A stretch of DNA of 64,000 nt from Neodothiora populina (Eukaryota): assembly GCF_041146345.1 (NCBI RefSeq), contig NW_027191414.1, forward strand, positions 558,001-622,000, written 5' to 3'. Positions 10,643 through 23,688 of the stretch are shown piece after piece (within the stretch, counting starts at the first letter, position 1; the number at the start of each line of letters is the position of its first letter). A program made the position numbers and the translations under genes. The notes beneath the pieces are model-generated. The model was not told the origin of the DNA. It did no database searches and worked only from the letters and a program-made list of their open reading frames with translations.

Positions 10643-12953
10643 CTATTGGTCCTTTCTGTGTTCTCTGTTCATGTTCGACTCAACAGCGTGCTTGATCTCC
10701 AGCCCAGAGTCACCACTGTCGCCTCGCGTGTCCGCTTCTGTACCACCGTCCTTTGCCTGTCCGCGCTTTATCAAGTCACGCAGGCTGATGGGTGGGACAG
10801 TCCTCTTATCCCGCTTGCCATGAAGCAGTCTCGAGTTCCTCAGCTCCTTCTCGAGACACGCACTTAGTCGTTCCAGAATCCACTCTGTCTCTGTCTGATG
10901 GCCCATGAGAGGGCTCTTCTCTCCCAGCCAGCTCCAGCGGTAACGTCGTTTCTTCTCCTCCCATTCTTCCTTTGTCTCTGGCAAGCGCAGTCCCTCTGGG
11001 ACCACTTCTTGACCTGTAAGCATGCTCTCGTCGTACTCAATTGCCATAAGTTTGAGGAAGTATTCCCACTCTGACCACTCGTATTGTTTCGGCGGGGAAG
11101 CGCTGAGGTGTTCGAGGAGCCTCTTGCTTTCGCAGGCCAAGACGAAATGGTAAAAGTGAAGGTCTCGATCAAGCGTGTCGCCGCTTTGCTGCGCCTTGGC
11201 CGCTGCATGCAATTCGTCCCCTTTCAGATGAGTGGCCAATCGATCTGCTATACGATCGTGTATGGTTACATGCTCGCCATCATTATATGTCTCCTCATCT
11301 CGCGCGTGCGATCCTCGGGCGAAGTCAGGTGCATGATGGGACGCGAATTTCTTGGGGTTGAGTTTACTGATAGGAACTTGTTTGAGCTGCTCTTTTGCTG
11401 TCGCTCGAAACCCTCCTTCACCCGGTAGCACGGTCAGTGTGCCTATCCAGATTGTGACGTTCGAGAAGAACTGTACGACTGTATCACTCATGTCGCTGAT
11501 GAGAATGGTGAGTGAAGGCACAGCGAGCAAGGACCAGAGGACAAAGAATGCCCTTCCCGAATTCGATGTTGGCGATGGGGTACCATATCCGATGGTGAGA
11601 AGGCACGTGTAGCTAAAGTACACTGCTTCGAAATAAGTCCATCCTTGGACGTGTCGCTCCGCTACCCAGAACACTACAGCTCCAACAAGCCAGAGAGTGA
11701 AGGTAAGAAATGTAGAGATACACAGAGCCATCCACTTACGATCACGTTCTGCGCAGCTCTGCACGCTACGCATGACCCGGAACTCCTGCTCCCTTTGTCG
11801 AGACGCGTTGCTGAACGTCTCATAGAATGGGATGGTCTGGAAATAACTGACTTTGATGCGGTGATTATTCGAGTCAACGCTGTTGATCGCACGAACCCGC
11901 TTCTTCTCCATCATGCGTGCCGAGATTTTCTTTTGACCTCGTTGCAAGATAAGAGTCCTAATGGACCCGATAACCAGCCCAATGATGACGATACCTCCAA
12001 TAGCAAATGGAATGAACAAGCCACGTCCAAGATGTGTTTGCGGGCTAAAATCGCCCAAGCCAACGGTAAGGAGAGTCACGTCTGCCCAGTACACCGCCTC
12101 AAGATATTCCCATCCCTCAATGTGACTAAAGACGAGCGCGCCCAGGAGTAAATATGTTACAAATGACATGGTCTGCAACATTAGAGTCCTCTGCGCGGCT
12201 GTAAGGTTGAATTGCCGGCCAAAATGCCCTCGATACACCCCCCAGACAGTCCAGCACATGAGCAACGCGATGAAGAAGTAGATCGCCGTTGCCATGATTG
12301 CATAGTAGAAAGCCGGGGTCAAGGCATGGTTGATCGCAGGTGCCGCAGGACTCGACTGGGGTAATTGATATGTGGGAGATGCAGTAATGGCGATCAGATC
12401 GGCCATCAATAGACCCGTAGAGAGAAGAAAGCCGATGATCGTTATCGGCTGAGCTATGACAAACTTGAGCCGGCGGGACATGTTAAGAAGGAGTGCGCCG
12501 TTCGCAATCAGCGCGGAGGCTACAGAAACAGAATTCAACGCAAGAAGCCTATTTTCCTGTCAGAGGATACCATGCGTTGGCTCGTGGTTACTAACCATTT
12601 TGGATCATCTATCACGGTTCCTTCGGCCGGCGCAGTTCCAGGCGGTAAGTAGAACCTCCAGCTAGAGGACAAAGAACAAATGTTGAACGCTGAAGCAATA
12701 GGACCAAAGGTACCAGCCAAGAGTGGAACTGCTGTGGACTCGAACCAATAAAGGCTGAACAGCACAGGAATCTTTAGCTTCTGCTATCTCGAATAATTGT
12801 ACAAAATACATACTTTGGATCTCGGTAGTCTCTTTCTTCCTGCTCGACTTTCCTATCTTCTTCCTTGGCTTCGGCTTTGTCGCCCGCACTAAACTCGGGG
12901 TCGAGTTCTTTCGCTGCCTGCTCGATCGGCGCAGCAGTCCCTGGGTCGTTCAT
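10643..12953 (-). CDS. TOK1: Fungal two-pore outward-rectifier potassium channel (8 TM, 2 P-loops)
   Basis: Exons 12953-12814, 12754-12596, 12548-10643. PLLAGTFGP, QRTLMLQT, P1 TLLTVGLGD, P2 LLTIGYG, FFVLWSLLAVP. Confidence 0.93.
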
Positions 12954-15900
12954 ATCGGCAGATCCGTGTTTCGTAGGTGGATATGCCTATTACTGCAGTG
13001 CATATTCGTCCTTTACAATGTCAAGGCGTGTCTTAGGAATACAGAAGGTGGAGAACAAGGAGACATAAGGTAGGAATGGTAAGGTTTCCCAGACACGTGT
13101 GGACCAAAACAAGCATAATTCTATCGTCGAGCAAGCCATTGCGTAATGCAGATCCACTTTCCTACCAGTTTGAACGGGTAAGCGAGGCTTGCGGTACAGT
13201 GTTTTCCAGGTTGTGACGTGCCAAGGAATCTAGTCTGACCCCATGCTCATCTCCACCCAGATGTTCTGGGGTAAGCATAAGCTTGATTCGACCTCATCTT
13301 GTTTCCTGTGGAATAATTGTCCTGGCCGCATAATAAAAGTACCGACGGATACAGTAATTCTTCGGGCTTGATGTACATACCGTTTTCGTTAACTCAGTAT
13401 GTGAGGACATCACTTCTCGAGTAACAGTGTCTTTCTATGCCTTCGATCAAGTCTCCTTGCTCAAAGCAATCAGTTTCTGCTTCGGACAGCTCTATCTCGT
13501 GCTCATAAGTCCAGGGGACTATATGCTTTGCGTTTAACACAAACTGCTATGTAGTCCATGAAATCGAGAATATCTTCTACATGACTTATGGTCATCCATA
13601 AAAGCATCGGTAGCTCAGCCAGCTATAGCTTGCGATGCACCAAGTCCAATGCGATTCGCGCATGTCAGGTCTATGATGCACGCCCAGTATCCTTGCGCTG
13701 GTTGATGTACAGCGATTATTCTGGGCTACTATGCAGATTTTGCTTGTCTAAAGCGCTTTGAAATCGAGATTGGTGTTTCTTGTAGAGTGAACATCTCTGT
13801 ATAGTTTCGGTGGCAGAACCCACTGCGGTTCGCTCAAGTTCATGGTATGCTTGCGCGGCCGAATCATGTGTGCCTTGCACCAGGGGGAGCTGATGACTTA
13901 TGTCATGATTCCACATATATAACGTCAGTGTATCCTAGAGGAAGCAGGTGATAGAGTTTGAATTTAGGATGTGTTAATAATCTAGGTCGGTGATATGTTT
14001 GCGAAGTTAGCGTTTTCTCTAGATAAAGAGGAAAGAACAAGCCCTTTGCACGCGGGAAGGTGAGTGAGCAAGCTCTACTCCCAGGCTTCCCAATGTTGGT
14101 CGACCTATCTGTGATGGATCAATAAGTCCCGAAATCAAAGAGAGGTCGATAGTGGCTCTTGTCGCACGACATTTCAAGCCATGCTGTATGATGTACCGCT
14201 AGGAGGAAGTCATCAAGAGGTCAACGATATCTGTAATTAATCGTAGGATGAAATCTTGTTCGGCTTTCTCAATGCAGACTAATAAGAAGAGTCAAGAGTT
14301 GTCAATTCATCAGTCAAGCCATGGGTAGATTCAGCGATCTCCATCTTGAGTATAACAAGTCTTTTGTCCATTCATAGGCCATAATTAGGAAGTTGCCGAC
14401 CTCAAAGGGTTTTGCAGGACTATACAGAGTGGGAGATGGTATGATCAACTCTACTGCATACTTGTCCTGTAAGATAGTGAACATCGCTTGTGTATCGATC
14501 GATAGCATAGGCCCTTCTTACTAGTCTCTCAGGTGGTCAAAGCGCATACTCTGCGTAGAGCAGAGAGATGACTAGACAAGAACCTCGTGAGGCGAAAAGT
14601 TGACAGTATAGCTCGTATGTGTTGCATGATATAGAGTTAATCCATCGTCCGCATCTACCTTTCGATAGAAGGATGAGGCAGTCATGGAATAGGAGGACAA
14701 AGTGAGTAGCAAAGTCTTGTGTCGGGTGGTTGATTGCAAAAGCATCGATGAACCCCTGAATTCGAACTCACGACCTCCAGGTTAGGGGCAACCCTCGATG
14801 GTATCCTTATGTATTCCTTTTGACTGGGTCAGCTCTTGACATACTAAAACATCAAGAGGATTGTCAAGCAGTGAGGGCAAGCAGTGACTGCTATTTTGTG
14901 TCATCAATGACTTGCAAAAAGAAACCCTGAAGGACCCGCGGACTCTGATGAGCCTCCCTGACCGGCTCGACCCAGTCTACGGATTGCTGTTGCCACTGCT
15001 GCCCACTGAACTGTAACATGGACGTACCTGGCTGACTACACCAACGGCCCCCAGTTGCTCGGGGGGGCGAAAGTGAAGCACTTTCCATTTGATATATACC
15101 CAAAATTTAGGGGCTTTTCCCAGTCTCTTTCTTGGCAGCCTGGATATACAACGTTATTATTCACATACCCTTGTTTCCCGTATATACCGAAGCTCAATCA
15201 TCTTTTGACAGACAGTAGGCTTGAAACACAACTACATCTGTCGCAAATGATCCTACGCCCTGTCCTGTTCCACCAAGGACAGTTGCGCAGGGTCATGTTC
15301 CCTGGAAGCTAGATATTCCAACTCTACCGGTGCACCACCGGGCTTGCATGTCTTGAGAAGGCAGCATAGAGAAACCCATTAAATGGCGTTCGGCGACATC
15401 ATAATTTCAGAGTGGGATCATGCAAAATACCCATCTCCAAAGATCAACTGGTCAAGCATGCTATGCTCCATGGTTATGAGACATCCCAGTACAGTCACCG
15501 CAGATCCGCGTCAATCATAAGTGGTGCTATGCTTGGTAGCGAGGGTACAAGAGCAATTTCACTAGTGAGACACGCGAATCCTTGTTTCAGTATAGAGTCC
15601 ATGAAGCGGAGGGATAGCATAGCACCATGCCATACTGCTTTGCATTGATGGCAACCAGTAGGACAAAGCACTAGCATGGTGTAGAGAAGTGGTTCGGGGA
15701 TGGTACGACTTTGACGCTCGGACTACCACTTATTCGGGGTCACGTTCAAAGTGTTGTACCGTAAGGTAGCTGTCAACATTTATGAGCATTCAGACCATCC
15801 CTGTCAGGACATGACTTTTACTTGAATTCTTCGACCATATACCACAGCCATGTGAGCGGTGATAAAGGCACATTGTGATATTCATATCTCCCTCCAAGCG

Positions 15901-18900
15901 AGTCGTCATCTGCACTAGTCCATGCAGGATGTGCGTATCAGGAAACCAGAACTCTTGCCTGCACGGCAAATGTCTGTCTTGCTCCTTCGAAACATGCTGA
16001 GATCATACGATCAACAAGGACAACTCCTCGGGATTCCAGTCGTACAGGAGATAGCTGCTTCGATCTCCCATGACATGAGCGGCTCAAATCTGTCGCTTTT
16101 CAAATGCATGATCATAATTCTCCGCAAGTGCGTCGCAGCTCCAACGACAAAGCCCTGGCTACCGTAAGCTAGGGATCGTTCACTAAAGTCGCTATGATGT
16201 TTCAATACTTGAAGTCGCGTCCAACAAGGCAGATGCTGGGAATGTGAACATCGCAATTGGCACAATATGTTCGTTGTTGGATGAGATCCATAATTTCCAT
16301 CAATCTTGTCTATACGGTCTCGAGAACGAACCCATCATGGAGCAAAATGACCGATGGTTACGATTTCCAGCGATCTTGGCAGATCGTTGCAACCTTGAAG
16401 CGCATTTGCGAAGTTGTCGTTATAAGCAGCGACTGCGCTGAACGGATGTGGTTGGCTTTTGCCAAACATGAAACGATTTGGTGAGAGTTGTTGCAGCACT
16501 GCATTGTAAGGCTGGCACGAAAGATGACAGGGTGCGAGATGCCAGCTACAATTCCAGTTCGTAAACGCGGACAACAACCCCTACGGCACCTGGAAGTTGC
16601 ATGTCAAAGTCCCGAGCGGAAGACTCGCCATCCAGACTCTCATCGACAAGGCAGATCAGCTCGATGGAAGATAAGTTGCTATAACCGTCTGCTCGGGAGT
16701 TCGCAAGGACTGCTTGAGAGATACATCCACAGTATTGGAGTACCTGACGAGGACTTCGATCATCGTGTAGCATGCCCCACAGAAATGCAACCAAGGATTT
16801 TGTTTCCAATATGCTCTGCCAGTAAACTACAGAGCGCGCAGTGATGGAGAGCACTAAATAAAGATGGAAAGCCAACCTGTATTCGACCACAAAGACTTGG
16901 ACATCGATTGGTGCGAATGCGTCCCAGTCACAGGGTCATAGATGATGAGGATCTGCCAGCGACCTCTTTTTGCCTTCATCATAATTCGCAGTCCACGATC
17001 GCGAAAGATTTGTCCCGAAGGCATCGACGAAAGACAACGACTGAGTCACGCCTTTTGAAAGGAGTACGCTTCGATACACAGGTGTCTTTGAGTGAGGGCA
17101 AATTGGTACCCTCAGAACTTGGAAGCCGTGCAGGTAGTGTCTCTCTATGCGAAGATTACTTCCCATCAGCGAAAAAGCATTTCCTGCAACGACCGTTGAG
17201 GAAGGTCTAATCATGCATGTAGTGATATGCTTCATTAGTCAATTGAGCTTGGGAACGAGAATTCTGCTTGGGAGCGCAGAGCCTGATTCAGCAAAGTCCT
17301 GGCATAATCGCGGGATGAAGGCAGCTGTGGGAACAGATCTGCTCAATTGTGCCTCTCAGAGCATGCCACGATTGAAGCTTGCAAGTTGGTATTGAATCTC
17401 ACAAGCTTCGGGAATGTCGCGAACCTCAGACGAACATCATGTCATGGTGCTGACTCGGATCGAGTTGCACGACCCCTGCTCAACCTTCCGCTGTGCGCGT
17501 CGCATCGTCTAGAGGTCCGGGTCTCGGATGCTTGTGAATTTTGAGTAAAATGTTCGTTTATACAGGATGACCCGGAAACTAGCTCAGGATTTGATGCCGA
17601 AGGGTGTTTCCCGAGCCAAGTTCTTTGCTCTTCCGGCGTTGCAAAGATCAAGCTTGAGAGATATCAAGTGGCGATTTACTCAAAGATCATCCAATGTGTG
17701 GTCCAATGCGGACTTTCGTGTGAGAGTTGAACATCGTCGAAACTCAGAAAGCGAGTTTCCTTCCGACCATTGGTGGCGTAAGTCCTCTCCGCAGTCGAGG
17801 TGTACCGCAGATGAAGACACCGTGACGAATAGAGTCGAGCGCCAGAGCGACAACGGGGCATTCGGACTGCCACCTTACATACATTAACCGCCGCTGGGAT
17901 AAATTGATATGCAGGTCCAAGCACATCCGGCCCTAAGAGATCTGGCTTTGATTCAACCAATGTGGAGAATCATGATGGATAGGTATGGCATTATGGGCTT
18001 TAGGCTAAGCGAACTCTGCCGACCGATGCATGTTCCATGTTTCGCTAGTTGCAACACCATACCATCCATCATAGTGGTTCAGATAAACGAAGAAGACTGT
18101 TGATATTTGTGCCATCTGTATGCACAATATGTCGAGGCAAAGTCAGTGGGCGGAGATCGAGTCTGGCCAGAATAGACAGATGTAATTCCTGCGAGAAGGG
18201 ATGCTGGTCCAAGCTTCCACAAGACAAAGGAACACTACAGCAATGCAAGCTTGGCTGACCCAACCCAAGCACCGCTCACGCATCACAGCCATGTCTACCT
18301 TACTCAGAAACTTCATGTTCTTTGGGTACACGGTCTGATAATGGTACATCAGCTTTTGTGTATCTGCCGATTTGGGCTGCCGATGCGCTTCTCTGTGCGC
18401 CTTCATTTGTCTACCCGTATGAAAGGTGCTGGATGCGGGCTCCCTTCGTATGATATTAGCCGAGTCCCTTACGACAGACTCGATGTCGTGCCGCCTTGGT
18501 CACCGCTCTGATGTGGCATGTGACCTCAGTGATCTACCCAAAGTTCGACAAGATCTTGCCGACGTTAGCCTATCACATGGAACGGACAGCTATGCTTCCT
18601 AATCGCAAAATCCAAAGGCAGTTCGGGATAGCGACAGAGCATGGTGAAAGGACTGAGAGATGATGGAGCTCCATACGAGAAATGCACTTTCTAGCTGGGC
18701 AGGCAATTGTTACCTCTGGTAGCACGATCTCTCCAATATCTTGGATGGATTGTATGGTCGTTTGATGCAACATATTCTACGGTCTAGCTTGCAAGCGAGT
18801 CACTTCTTTGTAGCATTGATTGCAGTCATCAACATTCCACTTTAGCAGCACAGAATGATGGCCATTGATCGTCTTCGAGGACTGAGGTCGAGCGAGGGCT

Positions 18901-20063
18901 TTCATCTGGTTGCTGGCAGAGTCTCCATCAACGTGCAAAGTATCCTTGACACAGAAATAACATGAGGATGACATTTTCGCCAGTGGACGGAAAAGCTTGA
19001 GACGTCCGATAGCTCAGAGCACTACAATCGATTATAGCATGTATGATCAATGTTTCGAGAGCCTTTGGAATCTGCCTAAAGACTTGATGAGCTTCAAGAG
19101 CATAGCAAATGAAGCAAGTCACACATTCTTGCCTTGGCGCAGTCACGTCTGCAATCAACAAGATGATGGCCAGCCCACTCTTTGTCCGTTCCCTGTTGCC
19201 TTTTCTCTCATGCCCCGATCCTCAACCATTCATCCTCACACCGTCTAGAGATTTCATTATACCTGGTTCTATCAGTTGAGGGCTCCTCAACGCAATCCAA
19301 TTCCATCCTTCTTGTATGTAACGCCGTAAATTCTCATATATGCCTATCCAGCCATCATGAGACTGTGGTTGGTCAAGAAGAACATTGTCTCAGTACAGTA
19401 CTAACATTACCACGCAGAAATTGCAATGAGTGTCAGTACGTATGACTATTTCTTCTACTAACTCGATTCCCATCTCCGTCCTTTCGGGCATCAGAGGTTA
19501 TGCTATCATGATCATTCATCGATTACCGAAGATGCGAGCCAGAGACTGCGGCACCACTATCACCCTCACACATGAATCAGGACTACGCTGCCAGCACCAT
19601 TCGTGTCTTGCTTAGACATTGGGAATGTCACTGGTCGAGCTTCGCGTGTCAGACTATGGCATCGACGGCTCTCTCTCTGAATCGGGTAATCATCTTTGCC
19701 AAACGACCCCTCGCTGTCTCCAAACAGGGATGATCGATCACATGTCGCTCGACGAATCCCGGCTCTACCTACCTGGATCCTGAGAAGTGAAGGACAGCGT
19801 CTTGAAACGACTAGCTTGGTAAGATTACTCCTTGATTCCGGTTGAGAGCGTTATAGAACTGAGGAAGATGAAGTGGATCTCCAATGAAGTCGCTGATAAG
19901 CTCAGGCCGTATCTGGTAGTCATCACCTACTGCTCTCAACAAGTCACGCGTCTCATATTCGTTCAGAGCAACTATCATCTTCGAAAGATGGAGTATCACG
20001 GACTCTACCACTGATCCACCAGTCATCTGTGAACACCCTGACCTTGGGACGGAGATCTCATCA

Positions 20064-20793
20064 ATGGCATGCCTCTGGGCCCCAAACTACCTCGCTCACT
20101 TCCACCTTACCCTCAAGTCTTGGCGGTCAAGTTTGCGACTTCCTCAAGCACTCACTTCACAACTCTCGTACCTTCGTCTCTCGTGCCTCCTGTGTCTCAC
20201 GCACACAGACCTTACCCATTTGCTTAAAAACTCATCTTTCTATCTTGCTGACCTTCTTCTTTTCCCTCCAGTTGCATCCTGCGAAATCTGTCAAGAGCTA
20301 TACGTAAGTACATTATCCTTCCTTCATTCACTTGCCCTGTCATTTCGCCTCTAGCGTTCTGGTATCACTCCACCTTAACCTTCATCGCCATTCATTACGT
20401 TCTCACTTCTCGACCATTATCACTAATTCCACCGTGAGCTAGATCGAACTCACACAGATTGTTGGCTACATCGAAGGCAACCTGCGCTTGCTTCAGGAGA
20501 TCCATAACCGGCTACCGACACTCTACTCTGGTCAACACCTGGTTTTGGCGCTAGAGCCAGTGGTGCGGGAGCATCAACAATTGACAGCTAACCTACCCAA
20601 CGTTAGACTTACTCGTGGTGCTCTGCTTGCGTTTCATCGTAGTTGTCACCATCACGGTCTTCTTCTTGCCTTCCCTGGTCTTCGCTCTGTAGCTCCCCTT
20701 TCGCCACGTTTCGCAGCTTTCATCGCACAATTCGAACACCTTACCAACAACCCGCGTTCTGATTCCAACCACAGGCATGGACGCGGACAGTGA
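20064..20793 (+). CDS. Candidate spliced upstream ORF (196 aa, no recognised family) overlapping the helicase start codon
   Basis: ATG 20064, exon to 20303, intron 20304-20442 (GTAAGT, branch CTAAT ~20423, TAG), exon 20443-20793 in phase; stop lies just past the helicase ATG at 20777 in another frame. Confidence 0.35.
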
Positions 20794-22629
20794 AGCTCTG
20801 GCCAGAGCTCAGGCTCATGGCTGGAGTGATAAGTCGAAGCTGGACTACGGAGCCATTGCACTCGCGGCTCCATCGTGGGCGAGCGATGCCCAAGTGTATG
20901 AGTGGACTGGTGATGAAGGCGAAGTCGCTCCTGCAAACGCGAGCCTCGAAGAACGTCTTTACAAAGATGTGCACCACCAACGTGCAGGTACCGCTTTCAG
21001 CGCTCTGGACCTCAGTGTCACTCAAGAGGGTCCTGTCCGTATCGTACCTGTAACCCAGGTAAGTCTTCCCCCTTTTGCTACCGTCTCCATGGTTGGTGCA
21101 ATGCTTACACACTGCTTCAGTTCGAGAACGCCGGACTCCATCCCAGACTGCTTGAGAACGTAAAGCTTTGTGGTTACGAAAAGATGACCGCCATTCAAGC
21201 CTACACTATTCCAGCGGTCATCATGGGACACGACATCATCGCCATCGCTCAGACCGGATCTGGCAAGACCGCCGCTTATCTGATACCAGTCATCAGTAAG
21301 CTCATGGGCAAAGCAAGAAAACTGCAGGGCCCGCGTCCCAACATCAACTCCCCTGACTACGATCCCCGCCGTGACAGGGTCTGCGCTGAGCCTCTGGTCG
21401 TCATCGTGTGTCCTACGCGTGAGCTTGCCCAACAGATCTTTAACGAGGCCCGCCGTCTCTGCTATCGATCGCTCCTTCGCCCCGTGTGCTGCTACGGTGG
21501 TGTTCCACTCAGAAACAACATTCAAGAGCTTGGCAAGGGCTGTGATGTCCTTGTAGCCACTCCCGGCCGCCTCTGCGACTTGATGAACAAGCCTCACCTT
21601 CTGTCCATGAAAGGTGTCAAGTTCACAATTATTGACGAAGCCGACGAGATGCTTCACGGGGACTGGTCTGACGAGCTCAACAATATCATGGGCGGTGGTG
21701 ACGCCAACGAAGACGCTGATCATCTCTACATGATGTTCTCTGCAACATTTCCTCCCGAGAGCCGTCGCCTCGCTCGCGAGTACATGGCTCAAGACTACGT
21801 CCGTATCCGTGTCGGTCGTGCCGGATCCTCTCACCGCAACGTCAAGCAGGACGTCGTCTATGTCGAGGAGGATGCAAAGCCCAATGCTTTGCTCGACATT
21901 CTTTTCAACGAAGAGCCATGTCGAACTCTAGTTTTCGTCAACAGTACCTACGGCGTCGAAAACGTGGATGACTATCTGTTCCAGAAGGGTCTACCAACCA
22001 CCTTCATGCATGGAAAACGCTCTCAATTTGAACGTGAAGATGCCATGTAAGTCAAAATGTCCTTTAATGTCTTGCTCTCTTGTGACTCACTAATCTACTA
22101 CAGGCATAAGTTCAAGACTGGCGACACACCCATCCTGATCTCGACACACATTTCCGGCCGTGGTATCGACATTGCCAACATCGGCCATGTTATCAACTAC
22201 GACCTTCCCTCAGGTGTTGGCGGTGGCATCGACGAATACGTCCACCGTATCGGCCGCACAGGTCGCATTGGACATGTCGGCAGAGCCACATCTTTCTACA
22301 ACGACCGCAACGAAGACCTGGCTCCTGGTCTGGTGAACATTCTTCTTGAGACCCAGCAGCCAATTCCAGACTTTCTCGAACCTTTCAAGCCGGAGAGCGG
22401 TCTTGCCGAGTTCGACGACAAGAGTGATGAGGAGTTGGATGAAGGTGACGCTTGCGCTACAGGTCCGGCGAAGGCATCTGAGGAGGGAACTAAGGCTACT
22501 GGTGGCGAGATCTGGGGAGATTCCAAGCCTGTCACTGGTGCTGGTGACTGGGGCCATGAGCCTAGTGTCGTCGCTGATGACGCTTGGGTTGCCGCACCTG
22601 CTGCTGCAGGAATAGAGGCTAAGTCGTAA
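20777..22629 (+). CDS. DEAD-box RNA helicase, Ded1/DDX3/Vasa-related paralog
   Basis: Exons 20777-21058, 21121-22046, 22104-22629. Q motif (GYEKMTAIQ), AQTGSGKT, PTRELA, TPGRL, DEAD, SAT, HVINYDLP, YVHRIGRTGR. Confidence 0.94.
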
Positions 22630-23688
22630 TGTGCCAGCCTTCCTCTCCACAACCGCACGTGGGTTGCCTTTTAGGTGAGCCTATCTACGATGCTCACACT
22701 GACTGAAGCTCTATACAGTCAATTGAGCCTCGCTCGATCGACTTGCTTCTTTGCAGCCACAGCGATGGATTACCTTTGTACTTTATGTTACGCTGACTAC
22801 TGCACTTACCATTGTGGATTTCACCTCTGGCCATAGCAGATAGTCCAATAATGGAAACTGATGATTTGCAAGCATGCTATCGTGTCATCTTCGTGATTGC
22901 CAGCGACACAGCCGAACGTTCAAGGCGTAGACACATTCACTTGCACAGCGACTCTGATCTCTATCTCTTCAAGACACCTCATAGTAATCGGTGGGCGTGC
23001 TTTTCAGTACACGAAGGTAGTGTAGGCAGCTTTTGTCTCACTGATCAGCTCGTTCTGTATTATGATGACGGTGTCGGCTTGGGTGTGGGCTCGGGCGTGG
23101 GCTTGGGCGTTTCACGACCCCCACGTGGCGGGTGCGGCAGTTGGTTCCTGCAGCTGGTAGGGCTGGGCAAACACAAAGATCCACTCAAGCCACACCTGCT
23201 CCAGGGTCAGAACAAAACAAGATTCCCGCCAGGACTTAGAATGATTCGTGGTCGTCACAACAAGATTCAGCTTCACGCGTCAGTGCAGCAGCCGCCAAAG
23301 CAGAGTCTTTGGCGAAACTCTGCTGGCTCTTATCGAAGAGGTGGCAAAGAATGGCTGGATAAAAATATCTGAAACTAGGTACATGGCACCCTACTTTGAT
23401 AATCCTTGCAAGTGTGTGGATGGGCTGAGCCACTCCACCAATTACGCAGGCACTCCCCTCTAAGTTTTACCCATTGGTCGATGATCGTCAGTGTCAATTT
23501 GCCAATGTCTGCCTTTCACAGACTGGGATTATAATAATCTGCTGCTCTGCTGCTTGTAGGTTTTGTGTTCTAGTCACTCTGTCTATCCATCTTCAAATCA
23601 CAAACGGTGCCGTAAATCTCCAACGTTGATCTCTAAATCTTGCATATCGTTTCGTCTATCACATTTTCGATACCCGCCAACCTCGACC

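Noticed and set aside
13000..20060. Transposon or integrated virus
   Set aside because: No terminal repeats, target-site duplication, or transposase/RT/integrase motifs recognised by eye; not strongly AT-shifted.
21022..21834. 270-aa ORF antisense to the DEAD-box helicase
   Set aside because: Shadow ORF within a conserved CDS, no independent features.
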